Shown here one piece after another: positions 60,984 to 64,000 of a stretch of 64,000 nucleotides of DNA. How positions within the stretch are numbered: the first letter of the stretch is position 1; each line of letters starts with the position of its first letter. The DNA is from Leucoraja ocellata (taxonomy: Eukaryota), in NCBI GenBank assembly GCA_036785375.1, contig JAWMAR010000963.1, positions 310,001 to 374,000 on the forward strand, read 5' to 3'. Position numbers and translations under genes: made by a program. Below the pieces are notes generated by a model, which made no database searches, was not told the origin of the DNA, and was given only the letters and a program-made list of their open reading frames with translations.

Positions 60984-62863
60984 AGGGCCTGTCCCACTGT
61001 ACGAGGTAAATCAAGAGTTCTTCGGAGTTCTCCCCTGATTCGAACTCGGAGAATGTCTGTAGCGGGTCCGTAGGAGTTTGTGACTGTCCCGTAGTGGCTC
61101 GTATGAGTAACGGTAGGTACTCGGGAAATACGGTAAACCCGTGTCATTTTTTCAACACTGTGAAAAATGTCCACAAGTAAAAAAATACTCGTGATGAAAA
61201 TAATTGTTACTTTTATGTAATTTTACTCTGCTCGAATTCTTTGAGGAAGTAACAACCCGGGTGGATAAAGGGGAACCGGTGGATGTGGTATACTTGGACT
61301 TCCAAAAGGCTTTTGACAAGGTGCCACATAAGAGACTATTGCTAAAAATAAAAAATTATGGGATTGGGGGTAATATATTAGCATGGGTAGAGGATTGGCT
61401 AACAAATAGGAAGCAGAGAGTGGGGATAAATGGTTCATACTCGGGATGGCAACCGGTAACTAGCGGGGTTCCGCAAGGGTCGGTGCTGGGACCCCAGTTG
61501 TTCACAATTTATATAAATGATTTGGAGGAGGGAACCAAGTGTAATATATCAAAATTTGCGGACGATACAAAAATGGGAGGAAAAGTAGGGGATGAGGAGG
61601 ATAGGAAGAGTCTGCAAAAGGATATAGATAAGCTAGGTGAGTGGGCAACAACTTGGCAGATGAAATTTAATACTAATAAATGTGAAGTCATTCACTTTGG
61701 GAAAAAAAATGATAGGGCAAGTTATTTTTTAAATGAGGAGGAGCTGCGTTGTAATGCAACGCAAAGGGATCTAGGGGTATTAGTACATGAATCACTGAAA
61801 GTTAGTATGCAGGTGCAGCAAGCAATCAGGAAGGCCAATGGAGTTTTGGCCTTTATTGCTAGGGGGATTGAGTATAAAAACACGGAGGTCTTGCTGCAGC
61901 TGTACACAGTATTAGTGAGACCACATTTGGAATACTGTGTACAGTTCTGGGGTCCATACTTAAGAAAGGATGTACTAGCCCTGGAGGCAGTGCAGCGAAG
62001 GTTTACAAGATTAATTCCTGCAATGAGGGGATTGACATATGAGGAAAGGTTAAGTAGGCTGGAACTCTACTCTTTGGAGTTTAGAAGAATGAGAGGCGAT
62101 CTCATTGAAACATATAAGATCGTGAGGGGCCTTGATCGGGTGGATGCACCGAGGATGTTCCCAATGATCGGGGAAACTAGAACTAGGGGACATAGTTGCA
62201 GAATAAGGGGGGGCTCTTTTAAAACTGAGATGAGGAAGAACTTCTTCACCCAGAGGGTGGTTAATTTATGGAATTCACTGCCCCAGGAAGCAGTGGAAGC
62301 AGAAACTTTAAATATATTTAAGACTAAAATAGATGTTTTTTTAGCTGCCAAGGGGATAAGGGGCTACGGGGAGAGGGCAGGGATATGGACCTAGGTATGG
62401 TTAGTATAGTAAGACCTGAGTGATCTCCTGGACAAGTGTCGATCGCCTAGATTGGGGTCGGAGAGGAATTTCCCGGATTTTTTTTCCCGAATTGGACCTG
62501 GGTTTTTATCCGGTTTTTTGCCTCCCCCAGGAGATCACGAGGTTCTTGGGGTGGAGAGGGGTGATAGTGGTATAAAGGGGAGGGTAGTGTCTTGTGTTCT
62601 GTGTCTTGTGTCTACTGTTTGTGGGTAAGTGTGTCTGTTTAGTGTTCAGCCATGAGCGAATGGCGGTGCGGGCTCGATGGACCTGGTGGTCTGCTCTCGC
62701 ACCTACTTTCTATGTTTCTATGTTTTTTCTATGTTTTTACTCATACGAGCCGCTACGAGACATCTACGAACTCCTACGGACCCGCTATGGACATTCTCCG
62801 AGTTCGAATCAGGGGAAAACTCGGGAGAACTCTTGAATTACCTCGTACAGTGGGACAGGTCCT
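60984..62863. mobile_element. PIF/Harbinger-type MITE with ~125-bp TIRs, interrupted by a CR1
   Basis: agggcctgtcccactgtacgaggtaa... and ...ttacctcgtacagtgggacaggtcct; TGA duplication at 60981-60983 and 62864-62866. Confidence 0.88.
61229..62734 (+). mobile_element. Young 5'-truncated CR1 with an open RT frame to 62394 and a complete 3' UTR
   Basis: Uninterrupted ORF (DFQKAFDKVPH, GVPQGSVLGP, FADD); (TTCTATGT)n tail; TSD ttttactc at 61221-61228 and 62735-62742. Confidence 0.97.
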
Positions 62864-63584
62864 TGAGGCTAATGTACAAAACTGTTTGAGTTTAACAAAA
62901 TCAGACAAAATTGCAGGAACCCATTTATCCTTCATTTCTGTTCTGACACTTGGTAAAATATATCCAATTAGTTTCATACTGTTGCTCTTATCCCAGACAT
63001 TCTTTCTTTCAAGCGCATATCTGCTTCCCTTTCAAATTTGTTTACATCCCCTTTCAACCAGTGTATTCCAGATGCACAACAACTTACCATCAGAAAACAT
63101 AATTCTCATCCTTCCACAGGTTTTTTCTGTCAATTATCTTTATCCTGTATCTTCAGGCTGCTGACTCTCCAACCAGCGGAAATCTTCTCTTATTCAAATT
63201 GACACAATACTTCACGATTTTAATTTCCTGTTTTATATTTCCTTCAGTCTTTTTTGTTCTAAGAAAAACAGTGATCTTCTAACTGCATAACTGAAGTACC
63301 ATATCCCAGCACACTCTCCAAGGATTCAAAATCCCAAAGATAAAAGGATGATCAACTTGAAATGCTCAAAATGATTAAGGAGTTTGACAGTACATATGTG
63401 AACATTTTTTTTCTGTTGGACTAATTCAGAATGAGAAGCCACATGCTTAAAGTTAAGAGGTAGGCTGCTAAAGAGTAAGCTCGAAAAATACTTTTTCATA
63501 GAAATCTTGAATTATTTTCCTGAAAAAGCTGTGGAGACTGAACCAAATGAACATTTCGAAACAGAAGGTTTTTGTAAGGTAAGA

Positions 63585-63906
63585 GTTTAGTTTAGTTTAG
63601 TTTAGTTCAGAGATACAGTGCGAAAACGCCCTTCGGCCCATCGAGTCAGCAATCAATCCCGTACACTAGCACTGTCCTAGATATTAGGGATAATTTACAA
63701 TTTTTACTGGTCAAATTAACCTTCAAACCTATATGTCCTTGGAGTGTGGGAGGAAACCAGAGCACTCAATGAAAACCCACGAGGTTGCAATGAGAGCGTG
63801 CAAACTCCGTACAAACTCCATTCAGACGGCAACCATAGTCAGGATTGAACCCGGATCTCTGGCACTGCAAGGCAGCAACTCTACCGCTGTGCCATTATGC
63901 CACCCC
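63585..63906 (-). mobile_element. V-SINE (HE1-like)
   Basis: (tttag)n tail at the left end; reverse complement of the V-domain and tRNA-like head. Confidence 0.9.
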
Positions 63907-64000
63907 TGATGGTGATGACGTTTTAGGTAAAATTTAAAAAAAAATGCTTACCAAAATCTAATAGAAAAATTGACCAAGATGAATGTTCCACTCCCGATGC

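Noticed and set aside
62594-63164. 170-aa and 80-aa ORFs after the CR1
   Set aside because: They cross the CR1 UTR, a MITE TIR and AT-rich flank, with no domain signal.

Overview
Eukaryotic, repeat-dense DNA with no recognisable intact cellular gene. The repeat complement (HE1-like V-SINEs sharing 3' ends with CR1 LINEs, a SacSINE1-like DeuSINE, Penelope-like elements) points to a cartilaginous fish such as a skate or ray; this is inference. All long ORFs belong to retrotransposons: CR1, Rex1/Babar, RTE and Penelope-like. Other elements are PIF/Harbinger MITEs, a decayed Harbinger transposase, a hAT MITE, two non-autonomous Helitrons carrying different minisatellites, a probable solo LTR and an isolated histone H2B pseudogene. 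The most notable signals are four. (1) Minimal hammerhead-ribozyme motifs occur in the Penelope termini, and short TSD-flanked or palindromic units of these termini are scattered through the window. (2) Two different CR1 subfamilies carry templated-insertion scars at essentially the same ORF2 codon. (3) A young CR1 family has a stem-bounded 3' UTR module. (4) An RTE copy has a 5' inversion. Family assignments come from remembered motifs, not database searches. Boundaries without a stated TSD or TIR are approximate.
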